A stretch of 64,000 bases of DNA, from the NCBI GenBank assembly GCA_025594325.1, contig JANHCV010000008.1, positions 682,001-746,000 of the forward strand, written 5' to 3'. The DNA comes from Blastocladiella emersonii ATCC 22665 (Eukaryota; Fungi; Blastocladiomycota). Made by a program: the position numbers and the translations under genes. How positions within the stretch are numbered: the first letter of the stretch is position 1; every line of letters begins with the position of its first letter. Positions 11,436 through 23,446 of the stretch are shown here, piece after piece. The notes under the pieces were generated by a model. It searched no databases, was not told the origin of the DNA, and saw only the letters and a program-made list of their open reading frames with translations.

Positions 11436-13075
11436 ATGAATCACCATGCAAATTCGTGCAATCCGCTTGCCGAGCCTGCTTTATTACCTTGCGACCAGGC
11501 AATGGGGTCGCGTCGCGGATCCCGGTCCCGCGCCGATTCTGGGACGGACGTGCCGAACTCGGGCGCCGACCGACGGCAACATCATGAAAGCTTGCTACTC
11601 CAGATAATGAGCCTGCGTTTGCAGTTGATTCGTCTGGCCCTGCGCATGCGGAGTCCTTCGACCGGGCGCGAGGAGTTCGTCCAGTTGGAGGAGCAGGCTG
11701 TACGCACAGCGCGCGAGATACAGGACCTTGAGCGTACTATCGCATCGCTTGAACGCCCAGTCAATTTCATCGCATCCCGCTACCTTTTGATGTCGCAGGT
11801 GACACGCAGCCACACGTCGTATCGTCGGCTGCTCACCAGCGCTCGCCGCGACAGCATCGGTCTCCGTCACGATCTCGTCGCGAGCTCTCGCCGCGCCCAC
11901 GGCAAGCTCGCTCGCGTTCCCCTCACCGTTCGCCGCGCAAGCAGCAGCGTTCCCGCTCGCCCTCCTACGCACGGTCCGCTTCCCGCTCGCCCTCCCACGC
12001 TCGGTCCGCTTTGCGCTCGTCGCACCGCCGCTCTCCTTCTTCCCGCTCACGCTCTCCCGGGCGTTCGACTCACCGCCAGCAGCCCACCCTTTGTGCAAAA
12101 CCACCACGTAAGCTTTCAAGTGCTGAGCTCCGCAGACTGTATCATCACATGCGTGACAACGGTCCACGTTTCCAACAGGGCGATTACTCGCCGCACCTCA
12201 CCTCCAATGATCCGCGCGTGTTCGCCAAACGGGTTCGTCGGGCTGCTTCCTCGCCTGACTGTATCCCACACCCCGTTACGTTTGCGCAGGCGCTGCTTGC
12301 GTGCAGCTCAAACGTTCCGTGGCGGGTGTACCACGTCTACTCGGTCTTTATTCGCTACGATACACCCGACGAGGAAATCAAGCGACTCTTCCTTGACTTG
12401 GTGAATCCGGCGGATCCTGCTCGCCGCGATTGGGCCGCTTGATGGCTCAATATCCCGCGAGTGTCAGGCACGCGCGTCACTGACTTCTACCCCAAGTGGC
12501 ACGCGTTGCTCGAAGAAGCCGTCCCCGGCCACGCAACGGAGCTCGAAAGGACGTGGGCAATCAAGCTTAGTTTTGGCGAGCGACTCCTCAACTTCATTGA
12601 CCCTGTTCCCAAGTATCTGCACAACATCATTTGGGATCCCGCCGGCACGGTCTCGCGCATGAACGACGCCATCCGGGGTGAGAGGTTTGCCAAAACCAAC
12701 CGCTACGACGACGCGCCGTGGTCCATCGGCTGCTGGTTCTGCGTCAAGATCGTCGAGCTGTGCCCGCCATCCTGCCGCACGCACCCTCGTAACGCGTGCC
12801 CGCTCATCCATCACCCGTACGCGCTTGCCGAGGCGGTCGTTGCTGCGATGCGCGTCGCAGGGATCGATTGGCGGGAGCAGAATAGTCGCGGCCAGCACAT
12901 CAATCATGTTTTGGATCGCGTGTGCGCTCGGTTGCGCACGACCCCTGTCCGGTCATCAGCCGTGAGGGTGGGAATAGGCGTGATCGATGCGGTGTTCAAG
13001 ATGGGGCAGCAACTCCGCGAGCGCTTGCTCAGCATGGTGGTGCCGACGATTGACGAGTTGTGGAACAAAGAATAA
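11436..13075 (+). pseudogene. RS-rich Gag-like superfamily A2, with a frameshift and a premature stop
   Basis: Close paralog of A1 split over ORFs 11403, 12011 and 12461; TGA at 12440-12442 where A1 has Arg; frame change after about 11770. Confidence 0.8.
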
Positions 13076-13689
13076 ATGTTGATAGCTTTGGTCTGATTCA
13101 GCCTACTGGCACTGCGCTGGAAGGAGGTTTCGCGTTGATCGTTTACGCAGGGCGCTCACCGTCGAGCTGGCGTGTAATTCTCAGCTGTAGCTTTAGCGAA
13201 GCTGAGTTTCTGTGGGAGCAATTGAAACCTATCAGGCACATCAACCTTGCTCTTGTGGTCACATGAGTGGCTCAGTGACCGTTTTCGATTTTCGCCGCGC
13301 GACGAGTTCCGTTGTTTTTCGCTTTCACTTCATTCCGACCCCTGCAACGTAAATCTGGACTGTGCTTTGCCTAGTCCCCAACAGTTCGAGGCTGTTCACT
13401 TCGAGGGGAGCGAGGTCCTGTGCAGCGGTTCCCGTGCGCAGGCGCGACGAGACGGACCTCGCTCGAAACTGACTGTTCAGCATCACGTGACCTGACATCA
13501 ATCCTGTCTGGCTGCATTTTCGCGCCCTCGGAAGCTCTCCCACTCCACGCCCGCTCGCTCGCGCTTGCCGCTGCTCGTCGACGCTCTTTGAGACCTCCTG
13601 TGCTGACCAGCTCTTTACCCGCCACTCCTACCCCATGCAGCGCTTAATACTTCGCGATCCGGCGTCTGCCTGGCCGCCATGCCCCGCTC

Positions 13690-14255
13690 ATGGCCGCGTG
13701 CACCACCCGCTCGCCGGCGTCCGTCAACGCGCCGTCGGGCGGCACCACGTCAGGCAGCACCACGTCCGGCAGCGCCACGACGCCGTCGGGACCCGCGGCG
13801 TCGGCCGTCATCCAGGAGCTCGACATCAACCTGCAGGAGTGGGACGACGTCGGCAGCGAGTCCGACATGACCGTGGTTCCCGCGTCGTCGTCCGCCGTGA
13901 TCAAGAACAAGAACATCACCAAGATCGTCGTCGACTTGGAGGCCGATGAGGAGGTCGACGCCGACGAGGAGGAGAGCGAGTGCGAGTCGGGCCCGTTGTC
14001 GTTGTCAAGCCGCGCGCGCAAGATGGCCACCAAGACAAGGGCCGCGACAAGAACAAGACGGTCAAGACCCCGCCGGCCTCGCCCACCAAGCGTACCCGCA
14101 CGTCGGCCGTCAAGGGCAAGTCCGGCGCTGCCGTCCCTGCCGCCCAAGACGACGACGAGGCCGACGACGACGACTCGGCGACCCCGCCGGCCTCGCCGAC
14201 CAAGCGCGCGCGTCGCGGTCCCGCCAAGGGCAAGGGCAAGGACCGCTCGGCCTGA
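13690..14255 (+). pseudogene. Acidic/basic low-complexity coding-like fragment with two TPPASPTKR repeats, split over two frames
   Basis: ORFs 13690 and 13980 both look coding; no intron found that joins the frames. Confidence 0.3.
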
Positions 14256-14427
14256 TCCTGATCCTGTTCCTTCCTTCGTTTCTTTCGAAAATACTTCCGC
14301 TGTCTGATATATTCCAAACTCTTTTTCTTCCAACTGGTTACTACTCGAATTTGTGAGGTGCCCGTCGACTGGCGAGCTCAAAGAGTTCACCCCTGAACTC
14401 TGAGAACGCGTTTCAAAGACGCGTTGC

Positions 14428-14682
14428 GTGACGCGTCGCGTCGGCGCTCGCGTTCGTGTTCTCACAACGATGACCCTGAACAAGGTCATTGCCGACTTCG
14501 GCGACCCCAAGCTCCCGCATCGTTTTCCTGCCCGGTACCCGTACATGGTCCTCTCTCGAGCGCGCAGGACCGAGGACATCCTCATCATCCGGTTCAACAG
14601 TCGGGTTCTCGTGCAGAAGGCATTACAGCACGTGGCGAATGACATGGAGCGACTGTCCCTGCTGAGCAGGATTGAGAATTGA
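14428..14682 (+). pseudogene. Pif1-family helicase C-terminal fragment (Helitron-like remnant)
   Basis: MTLNKVIADF...YPYMVLSRARRTEDILII matches the Pif1 motif VI region (TLxKVxVDL...YVALSR). Confidence 0.55.
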
Positions 14683-14935
14683 TAAACTACTTCACTTTCA
14701 CCAACTGAAACAGTCTCAAGAAGCCAAGTAAAGCTACAGCTGAGACCCAAGTGTGTGCGCAGCACACACACCTAGTGCAGGAGCAACGAGAAACGAGGGA
14801 AGGCGCGGCGCAACACGGTCACGTGCGGCCCAGCGCGTGTTTTTCTTTGCGCCAGGGGCCGTTCCGGCCGCTGGGCGCCATTTTAATGGTATAATTGTGT
14901 ATGGAATCGACTAAATATATGTTCGGAACGCTGTT

Positions 14936-15616
14936 TCACGTGACAGGTTCAGACTGCGCGTGCAGAACATACAGGAACGGGTCTCGCTGGACGTTTAGCG
15001 TATCGTACCGGCCTCCGACCCACACGATATCAGCCATACAGTACGATACGAGGTCCGAAAACGACCAGTTTGGATTATCCTCAAAGGTAGCCTGGTCCGC
15101 ATGCAAAGAAAGTGTTGAGCCCGTTACATCCGCCGCGTCACCACTGGAGCCTGCGTTGTCGGAGGCGCGCGTAGCCACGCGATTTCTGAGCTCGATGCCG
15201 GACATGTGCCAGCGGCGTTGAACAAGCGCTATCGTCATTCCCGCTCGGAGCGGCTTCTTTGGCACCGACTGGCCATCCAGGACGAGTGGGGCGAGGTTGG
15301 GATTTTGTTCGCCGACCAAAACATTCGCTTGACCAAACTTTCTGACGATTGCGTCGGTACTGCGGTCCAGAGCCAACAGCGGCGGGTGCGTCTCGCCAGA
15401 CACGAGGTTCGCGATCTCGAGCTGCCCGTGTTGAGTAGGTGCGACGGCCAAGTGGTAAGAATTATGCGTCGCGAGATCGCAGCGCGGAAGCATTCTTGCG
15501 GTAAGGATCTGCGCTGACGTTGGTATCAGACGATCTTCTTCGTTCAAACGCGCGTGGGGCGTCGCGGGAAGGGTCTGGATACGACTCGAGGACGGAGTCG
15601 ACATCAAGGCGACCAT
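14936..15616 (-). CDS. Hypothetical protein, 226 aa; weak FHA-like segment
   Basis: Intact ORF; VLDGQSVPKKPLRAGMTIAL loosely resembles an FHA C-terminal pattern. Confidence 0.35.
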   Translation of the reverse strand: MVALMSTPSSSRIQTLPATPHARLNEEDRLIPTSAQILTARMLPRCDLATHNSYHLAVAPTQHGQLEIANLVSGETHPPLLALDRSTDAIVRKFGQANVLVGEQNPNLAPLVLDGQSVPKKPLRAGMTIALVQRRWHMSGIELRNRVATRASDNAGSSGDAADVTGSTLSLHADQATFEDNPNWSFSDLVSYCMADIVWVGGRYDTLNVQRDPFLYVLHAQSEPVT

Positions 15617-15757
15617 GTTTTTGTCGTCAGGACGGCACTGCGCGACGCTGATGTCAAAATGATGCCAGCGGCGGTGGGCGAACGGTTACAAACCGGGACG
15701 GCACGCCGCGTGCTCTTGAAGTAGCGCAGGGCGAAGCCAGTAGCGCGGGACGAGGCA

Positions 15758-16054
15758 TTGCAGGTTGTTCCCGTCTGTCACCTGGAACTCCTCGAAAATG
15801 ACGCCGCGCGAAATTGGACTCTCCGAGACGGGGCGGTTGCGATGCACCTTGTGCGAGTCGACTGGCGACAGCTCAAGCTAAACGCACGACAGGTGGACTT
15901 TGCACAGTTGCGCAACTTCTTCCTGCCCCCACTCACGGTGTACAAGGCCTGTCGTATTCTCGAGAAGGCCATCGCGCTGGAACTGGGCGTCCGGTGGCGT
16001 CTGCTTCACTGGATGGTCCCAGTGATCAACGAGCTCTGGGAATGGTCCGAGTAG
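15758..16054 (+). pseudogene. Orphan C-terminal fragment of the A-type Gag-like family
   Basis: AMHLVRVDWRQ...LLHWMVPVINELW matches AMRATGIDWRQ...LLSMVVPVIDELW of A1-A3. Confidence 0.6.
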
Positions 16055-16217
16055 AGTGAGCCGCGTGTCAATACACGACTGCGCACGTTGCTCAACATCC
16101 TACGACTTGCGACGCGTCATTGCTTTCCGCGTAGGAATATCGCGCTCATACAGCGCATTGGTGGAGGAGAGCAGCTCTTTTCCCCTCGCGACCTCGGCGG
16201 GAAACTGACGCGGCGCG

Positions 16218-16238
16218 ACGCGACGCGATATGACGTGA
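16218..16238 (+). promoter_or_regulatory. Shared upstream motif ACGCGA-N6-ATGACGTGA (gene A3)
   Basis: 84 bp before the ATG at 16323. Confidence 0.45.
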
Positions 16239-16322
16239 AGACGGCGACGCCAGGAGATCGGCGCGTGGCGCTACGCCAGGGGTCCCGAGCTTAACGCTTC
16301 CCTTCCGTATGCAACGCAATGA

Positions 16323-18044
16323 ATGCACATGAAACTCTATGCAACCCTTTATCTGAGCCTGCCTCGATACGTGGCGACCGCGGCGACGCGGATAGCTGCG
16401 AGTCGAAAGTTGCCCCCCCCCCTGAGCGCTCCTGCCGCAGGCGCCGACGGTCGGCAGCTGCTTGAAAAATCGTTGATACAGCTCCTCAACCTACGCATCG
16501 AGTCCATTCACATGGCTTTGCGTATGCGCGACACATCGATCGGCAGCAAGGAACTTGCTATTATGGAGCGAACGTCTGCACAGATTGCCCGCAACATCGA
16601 GCGACTGGAGCACGTCGTGGCCACTTTTGAGCCCTTCAAAGGAGTCCAGAACGACCCGGACATGTACGATTCTGGTCCATCCGATCGTCAACACACGTCG
16701 TTGGATCGGGATCGGACCAGTCCTCCTGATCGCTCAAACGAGGACATGCTTCGATCGCGTTCTCGATCCCGAACACGTTCTCGCTCGCGCGGGGAGCTCT
16801 CGTCCCGCCACCGTAGGACGCGCTCGCACTCGCGGTCTCCCGCTCGTACCACTCGGAGGCGGGAGCGGTCGCGCTCGTCCTCCCACGCTCGCTCCCGCTC
16901 TCGTAATCGCTCTCGCTCAAAAGAACGTTCGTCGCACCGCCACCGCCACCGCCACCGCCACCGGCGCTCCCGCTACCGCTCGCGGTCTGCCAAAAAGGCG
17001 GGATCGCAACGCCACCGCCGATCGAGTTCACGTTCACGTTCTGCTGCACGCTCGCCACGTCGGCATCGTTCCCATGGCGACCGGCCAGTACACGAGCTTC
17101 CCATCAACGCGTTTCGCGAGCTTTTCCACTACATGCGCGACCACGGCCCCACTTTCCGGCAAGTCGAGACTCTTCCGCTTCGGTCTACAAACGACGCGCG
17201 CGAGTTCATCGAGCGGCTTCGTCGCGCTGCAGCGTCGCGCAAGTGCGTCCCGCAATCTGTCACGCTGGCACTGGCACTCCTCGCGTGCAGCTCGAACGTG
17301 CCCTGGCGCGTCTACCACGTCTACGCGGTTTTCCTTCGCGCCGACATGTCGGACGAGCAGGCCAAGGCGATCTTTCTCGACTCGGTCAACCCGGCCGATC
17401 CAGCACGCCGCGTCTGGGCCGCGCGGTGGCTCAACCTGCCGCGGACGCTCGGCGCGCCCGTGCCGGACTTCTACGCCAAGTGGCACGCGCTGCTCGAGGA
17501 GGCCGCGCCCGGCGACGCCAAGAAGCTGGAGCGGACGTGGCCGATGCGACTGAGCTTCGGCGAGCGTGTTCTCTGCGCCCTGAACCCGTACCCCCGCGCG
17601 CTGCACGATATTATCTGGCATACCGACGGCACGGTCGAAAGTATGAGCAGAGCCCTGTGCAACTTCACATTTGGCAAGTCGAAATTCGGCTTCAACGACG
17701 AGCCATGGAAGCACGGGTGCTGGTTCTGCAAGAAGTTTGTCAACCTGTGTCCTCCGTCGAGTCGCGACCACCCGCGCGAATCGTGCCCGCTTGTCTTCCA
17801 TCCCTACGCGCTCGGCGAGGCCATTGTTGCCGCAATGCGCGCCACGGGCCTGGACTGGCGGCGCGGCAGTTCACAAGTTTACCGCGACCTCCAGCGAATC
17901 CTGGGACTGCTGAACAAGATGCGCACTCAATCGACTGTGGTGGAGACGGGCAGGAACGTGCTGCACGCGCTGTTTGAGAAAATGGGGATACAGCTCCGCG
18001 AGCGGATCCTGAGCATGGTGGTGCCGGTCATTGACGAGCTCTGA
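16323..18044 (+). CDS. RS-rich Gag-like superfamily protein A3, 573 aa
   Basis: Paralog of A1 with the same core and a CWFC...H-X4-C knuckle; ends DEL* where A1 and A2 read DELW (TGG>TGA). Confidence 0.75.
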   Translation: MHMKLYATLYLSLPRYVATAATRIAASRKLPPPLSAPAAGADGRQLLEKSLIQLLNLRIESIHMALRMRDTSIGSKELAIMERTSAQIARNIERLEHVVATFEPFKGVQNDPDMYDSGPSDRQHTSLDRDRTSPPDRSNEDMLRSRSRSRTRSRSRGELSSRHRRTRSHSRSPARTTRRRERSRSSSHARSRSRNRSRSKERSSHRHRHRHRHRRSRYRSRSAKKAGSQRHRRSSSRSRSAARSPRRHRSHGDRPVHELPINAFRELFHYMRDHGPTFRQVETLPLRSTNDAREFIERLRRAAASRKCVPQSVTLALALLACSSNVPWRVYHVYAVFLRADMSDEQAKAIFLDSVNPADPARRVWAARWLNLPRTLGAPVPDFYAKWHALLEEAAPGDAKKLERTWPMRLSFGERVLCALNPYPRALHDIIWHTDGTVESMSRALCNFTFGKSKFGFNDEPWKHGCWFCKKFVNLCPPSSRDHPRESCPLVFHPYALGEAIVAAMRATGLDWRRGSSQVYRDLQRILGLLNKMRTQSTVVETGRNVLHALFEKMGIQLRERILSMVVPVIDEL

Positions 18045-18373
18045 GGCAAGAAATAGAAGCACTTTGTTCAAGGCAAGTGATCTCCAGTCCCCTCGCCTAC
18101 GACGCGAGCTTCTCTGTCTTTGTTCACATCGAGGGAGCGACCATGTATGGCGGTGCAACGCGGCCATGGCGGATATGCGCCGCGAGACGAGTGTTCAGGA
18201 CGAGAAACTCGTTCAAGATATGCGCTACATGGAGCTCCTTGAGGGCCTCCTCGCGCTTCCTGTCACTTCTGAGAGCGGAATCCCAATGAGGAGGGGTTGA
18301 GCATCAATAAAAACAGCTAATCGTATCATTCGATACACGGTTGCGGGAGAGCGGAGAATCGACCCGACGCGCT

Positions 18374-19867
18374 GCTCTTCTGCACGTGCGCCGTGAGCTT
18401 GCTGCAGCTCGATGCAGGTCCCATGTGATGTGCGGTGAGGCTTCTGACGCGGCGGACGAGCCGATCCTTCCTGTTTTGCGGTGTGCGGTGCGTGTCCAGG
18501 TACGGTAAAGTGGCAAGGGCACCGCCGCACAGTAAGGTCGCTCGCTGTCCAGCAGAGGTCAAATTCTCCGTGAAGACGCTAGCTTCCTCTCTCCCTCTCT
18601 CCTCCCACATCACGCAATGAATTCGACCGTAACCATGAACACTCTGAAGATTGCGCAACCGAACGGATATACCACGCCGACCTCCTCGCCGACACCAAGC
18701 CCCTCACGCCGGTCCGTCGCGAGCGAGCAGTCGGTTGCCGCTCTCAACGTGATGAACGCGCGGCTTCAGCTGATGCAGACCGCGTTGCAGTCGCGGATCA
18801 CGCCTGGCGCCTCGCTCCAGGCGGCGTCCATGATGGCCGACTCGTTTGTACTGTTCAACGCCGTGCAAGCGCAGCATCGCGCGTTCGGCGACGCGGCACC
18901 ACCCGCGCACGGTGCCACAATGGCCTCACTGACCGTTTCCACTTTGCCGCCGCGCGAGTCGGTAGCGCCAAGCAGCGCCGCGACGCCGTTGCGCGGCGCG
19001 CAGCCGCTGGAGCGCGTCCAGCCGCAGCAGCTGCCGTCGCCCGAAACCTCGCCGCGCAGACGCTCGCCGGGTAGCTGCTCGCCCAGTCCAACCGCGTCCG
19101 CCGCTCGCGACGTCAAGTGCCTCTACTGCTACGCGCTGCTCACCGAGCGCCCGCTTCCACGTTCGCCGCCGCGCGTCAAGCAGCACGACGCCAAGGTGTG
19201 TCAACGCCTGGCCAACTCGCAGAACATGGCCATGGTGATCCACACCGCGTTCCGCTCGCTGCCTCAGCCGGCGCGGCCACCCGTTGGGACGCCGCCGCCA
19301 CGACCGCCGCCGGGAAAGACGGACAAGGCGCTCGTCGACTGCGTGCTCGATCTCGCGCGGAAGCTCAAGCCGTCGTGCAAGACGCGCGAGCACTGGGTTG
19401 CGTACGCCGGACTGCGCGGGATGGCGCGGATCGGGTCCGACAAGCGGCGCGCGAAGCGGATCCACCGCATGCTTGAGCTGTTGTACGCCATGGAGAGCGC
19501 GCCTGAAGGGCTCACGGCCGGCGCGGCGCTCCAGCTCGCGATCGGCCGGGTCGACGCGCGTAAGACGAAGAAGGTTGATGCATAGTGATGCAAACGGTTG
19601 TTACATGTCCTCTTGTTGTCTCTTGGTTTGTTGTGGGAAGGAGAGGGTGCATCGAGGGCGACGGCAGGACGGCGTCGAGTTTGCCGCGCGTCGGGCGATG
19701 CCGCTGATTCTCCCCACTCCTCCCCGAGACCATGTAACGCACAATGATGACTCTATGCAACATACATGATCACGCGAATGAATCCTTGCTGGCCGATGCA
19801 GAGCCCCGCGTCGCGGCGGCCTTGAAATCGGGCCGCTTGCCCGACCATCCAGACTCGCTGCGCCAGC
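18374..19867 (+). repeat. Left arm of a 1.5-kb apparently identical inverted segmental duplication (partner 50039-51532)
   Basis: ORF translations inside are identical; mirrored coordinates sum to 69906. Confidence 0.9.
18617..19585 (+). CDS. Superfamily member E1: helical N-terminus, Pro/Ser linker and CLYC-X18-H-X4-C knuckle, no Gag-like core, 322 aa
   Basis: ALNVMNARLQLMQTAL matches the family N-terminus; zinc knuckle followed by NMAMVIHTAF; identical copy at 50321-51289. Confidence 0.65.
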   Translation: MNSTVTMNTLKIAQPNGYTTPTSSPTPSPSRRSVASEQSVAALNVMNARLQLMQTALQSRITPGASLQAASMMADSFVLFNAVQAQHRAFGDAAPPAHGATMASLTVSTLPPRESVAPSSAATPLRGAQPLERVQPQQLPSPETSPRRRSPGSCSPSPTASAARDVKCLYCYALLTERPLPRSPPRVKQHDAKVCQRLANSQNMAMVIHTAFRSLPQPARPPVGTPPPRPPPGKTDKALVDCVLDLARKLKPSCKTREHWVAYAGLRGMARIGSDKRRAKRIHRMLELLYAMESAPEGLTAGAALQLAIGRVDARKTKKVDA

Positions 19868-21399
19868 TTCAACACGATGCCACCCTCGTCGTCATGGCTC
19901 GCCGTCTTGAAATCTGCCGCTTTGCTCTACTAAACCGCTGTGCAGCCCCAAGTTCCTTACATGTTGCGGCTGCTCAGCCGATCTTCGCGGCCGCGTCCTC
20001 TTTGCGCTCAGTCGAAGGTTTGTTCGGCTCAATCGAGAACGCCTTGGCTTCTTATCCACAAGGATCTCATTTTGCTGATTGCGCATCCAAACCTCGACGG
20101 TCAGGACGTGGGCGAACTCGATCACGGTCGTGCTCGCCGCCTGGCACCCGCTTACGGCTTCGATCACGATCGCGCTCTTGTTATCGCGCTTGTTCTCGTT
20201 CTCGTTCTCGTTCGCGTTCTCGTTCTCGCTACCGCTCTCGACCTCCTCGACGCGCCTATCGCTCGCCCCACCGCTCGCCAAGAGGACGAACCCGTGGTCG
20301 CAGTCGCTCAAGGTCACCCGAGCGCTATGACAGTTATCGACCGCCGCCAAGACCTCCGGGGCCTTGTAACCTGTCCGATACGACCATTTTTCAACGAATC
20401 AAAGGATCGGGAATTTCTTTCCGCGTGCGGCGAAACGACAACACGGTGCCCATTAGGAACCCTTACAAGTTTCTCTACTCTATCCATGCCGTGGTACCCG
20501 AGGCGAATCTTGCTCGCGTGCTTCTTGGTGCCCGTCTGCAGGTCCCGCACACCATGTTCCGGACCTACGCCGTGCTCCTGCGCGAGGATATGCCGGACGA
20601 CGAGGCCGCGCGCGTCTTCTTCAAGGTCGCCGATCCGAACTGGAACCGCCGGTGGGTTGAGCGGTGGCTCAATCTCAAACCCCGCTCGGCCGGTGCGATT
20701 CACGAGTACTACCGCGAGTTTGTTGCTTTGCTTGGCGAGGTCACAACCGTGACCCCCGCCGTCGAGCGGGAGCATCAGGTCAAGCGCGTGTTCACGTCGA
20801 ACATCTACCACAGCTTGCGGTGGAAGAGTGACGCGCTGCACGATCATCTGTTCGAACGGCGGTACTCGCTTAAGGACATTGTCGACACGTTCTCGCGGCT
20901 CAATCTTGAGACAAATGACGTAGCGGCGCCGTCTACTGCCCACCCGCTTCTGGTACCCATGTCGTCGCACGCCTTCATGCCGCGCCAGCTCCCCACCCGC
21001 TTCTCGCCGCATTGCGGCTTCTACTGTCGGCCCGAAATCGTTGGCGACCACAGCATCGACCCAAAGCACATGAGCAAGGATTGTCCGCTGCTCAGTCAGC
21101 CTGGGGTGCTGGCACGACACCAGGTGACGGCGATTCAAATCTTTGGTCTCGAACTTCCATCTCCTCTTCACAAAGACGCGCCTTGCAAGGTTTATGCCGA
21201 TCTGACCGCCAACTGGGTCCGCAACCTCACCGTCACACGCATCCCGCGCGGGACAAGCCCTGAGATCGCGGAGTTTCTAAAGCAGAGCCGCGACGTGCTC
21301 GCGACGCTGCTGCGGCTTCCCTCTGGGCTCCAGTCGCGTGCGATTCGCGAGGTCTGGAAAGAGGTTTTTGAAATCGCGAAAGGCGGAGAGAAATTGTAA
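19744..21399 (+). CDS. RS-rich Gag-like superfamily protein B1, 551 aa
   Basis: RS tract; core LARVLLGARLQVP...RWLNLKPRSAGAIHEYYREFVALLGEV; CGFYC...H-X4-C. Confidence 0.7.
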   Translation: MMTLCNIHDHANESLLADAEPRVAAALKSGRLPDHPDSLRQLQHDATLVVMARRLEICRFALLNRCAAPSSLHVAAAQPIFAAASSLRSVEGLFGSIENALASYPQGSHFADCASKPRRSGRGRTRSRSCSPPGTRLRLRSRSRSCYRACSRSRSRSRSRSRYRSRPPRRAYRSPHRSPRGRTRGRSRSRSPERYDSYRPPPRPPGPCNLSDTTIFQRIKGSGISFRVRRNDNTVPIRNPYKFLYSIHAVVPEANLARVLLGARLQVPHTMFRTYAVLLREDMPDDEAARVFFKVADPNWNRRWVERWLNLKPRSAGAIHEYYREFVALLGEVTTVTPAVEREHQVKRVFTSNIYHSLRWKSDALHDHLFERRYSLKDIVDTFSRLNLETNDVAAPSTAHPLLVPMSSHAFMPRQLPTRFSPHCGFYCRPEIVGDHSIDPKHMSKDCPLLSQPGVLARHQVTAIQIFGLELPSPLHKDAPCKVYADLTANWVRNLTVTRIPRGTSPEIAEFLKQSRDVLATLLRLPSGLQSRAIREVWKEVFEIAKGGEKL

Positions 21400-21447
21400 T
21401 TGAGGATGTTGACCGATATCGGAATAGAAATCGCACCATCGTAACTC

Positions 21448-21804
21448 GTGGCTGCGATTCAAATCTTTGGCCTCACCGTCCCCCCAGCGCCTCCTGGAGA
21501 TGCGCCCGACGACGCGTACCTCGATCTGACCACCAAGTGGATCGATAAGCTCTTCGACACGCGGATTCCGCGCGGGACCAGTCCTGAGATCTCCTCGTTG
21601 TTACAGCAGAGACGGCATACGCTGATCCATCTGCTCCGCCTTCCTTCGGACATCCATGTGCGCGCGATTCGCGAAGTTTGGGACGACGTTGGTGCTGCGA
21701 AGATGGACGGAGGGGAGCGTGATGAACGGCATCTTGGCACACACAAAAATAGGTTTTCCCGTGAGCTGAGAACATGGAATACAGTGGTATCTGAGATTAG
21801 GTGA
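21448..21804 (+). pseudogene. Extra duplicated C-terminal fragment of the B-type gene
   Basis: Homologous to the B1 C-terminus and closer still to the B2 C-terminus (about 48521-48790). Confidence 0.7.
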
Positions 21805-23441
21805 GTAGTCGGTACTTTGAGTGCGAGCATTGATCGATGGCCTGATCCCGACCATGTCGCCGACGATCACGCTGTGGCGTATGTGGCGTTCGCGAGCCGG
21901 CCTGCCCGTCCATAACGACAACATCGAACGGCGGCCGCAATAGCGGTCTCCCCCGCACGAACACACCGAAACGCACCGGCTTTTCAACTCTATGCAACGA
22001 ATGCACATTTGCTAGATTTATACGCAGCACCATTCATCTTGCTATACTTCGGCCATGTCACACACTCCCGCTGGCGCTGATGGCGGCCGCGCTCAACACG
22101 GTTCGCTGACGCCTCCTTCGTCTCACCATCTCGAGCCTCCTCCGTGTTTTCTTCATCGCTGCCAACGATGTGAGTCGCCGGTGCTGCTCGATGCCCTCCG
22201 CACGATCGACGAGCACGTCCGCCAGTTCTACGTGGCCGCGCTGCCCGCCGACGCCCTGCTTTCGCCCGCCCTGCTTGTTGCCGAACGTGCCGTCGCTGGA
22301 ACCAAAATTCTAGTCGACGAGCACGCCTAGCTGCTCAACTTGACGCACTTCAGCGACCTGCTTCGCGGTGCGATACGGTCGCACGCGGATTCGCTTGCTC
22401 GGATCGAGACCAAGCTCAAGCTTTCCGAGAAAACCCGCTCCAGCGACGCACGCGCGGCCGATGCCGTAATTCGCGAACTCGGCCAGCAGGTCGATGCGCT
22501 TCGCGAGATGCTGCAGCCGCCAAAGCCTGCGGTGGCTCCGTCCGAGGACCCGGACGCTCCGCTTTGTGCCGAGCGCGAGGTCCAGACCGAGCCGCTCGAA
22601 GAGACCTTTGCTCTCGAGGCGCTCAAGATTACGGTCAAGGACCTCGAGGCCGAGGTTGCGCTGCTTCGTGGAAACCTTGAATCCGCCCAGGCCGTTGCGG
22701 AGGATGCCTGCAAGCTGTCCTTGGCGTCCAAGTTTGACCTCGAAAGCGCGAAGAATGCTTCTGTTGAGCTTACTCGTCAGCTCGAAGCTCTTTCCGCGGA
22801 CTGTCGCTCCAAGGACGAGGCCATTGAGACGCTCCAGCGCCAGCTGAAGGTCGCACTTACGCGCGTTCGATCGCTCGAGCACGAACGCGATGCGGCAAGC
22901 GCACTCGTTGAAGCGCCGCCTCTCGCCGCGCTGGAGCGCATCGCAACGGGTCCATTCACTCGTGCGGCTGCGAAACGGAAGCGCGATGCGTCCAACTCTT
23001 TGCAGCCCGCCATTTCCGACGCGCAGCCTCAGGAGGCTGTCCTTAGTGCCGATTCCGACTCGATCACCGCCGAGCCTGCGGGAAAAAGGCAAAAGATGGT
23101 GAAGCTTAAAGTCAGCTCAGCGACTTCAACTGCTTCAGCTCCAACGTCGACGACCGTTTCTGTGCCACTTGCGTCTCCACGCCCAGACAAGTACCGCATT
23201 GCGTTTTCTGGGTTTACTTCAAACCACGCCGTTTATTCGGTTGTGCGGCGCAATGTTAGGCTCGGCTCACTGTTTGGCGGCTTCCGTGTGAGACTACTGA
23301 CACCATTTTCACGGAGGAACTCGCACCGCTCGTTACTCAGCTTGGCGCGGCTCTGGTCAGCAATCCTGATGGGGGTGAATTTACAGTACGTGCCGGCGCA
23401 CTTCTGCTCCTCAATTTTCGTTTGCAGCAAGGTCGCTAATG

Positions 23442-23446
23442 TCAAG
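23442..23446. repeat. 5-bp target-site duplication TCAAG (left)
   Basis: TCAAG immediately precedes TGTCG and recurs at 39220-39224. Confidence 0.93.
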
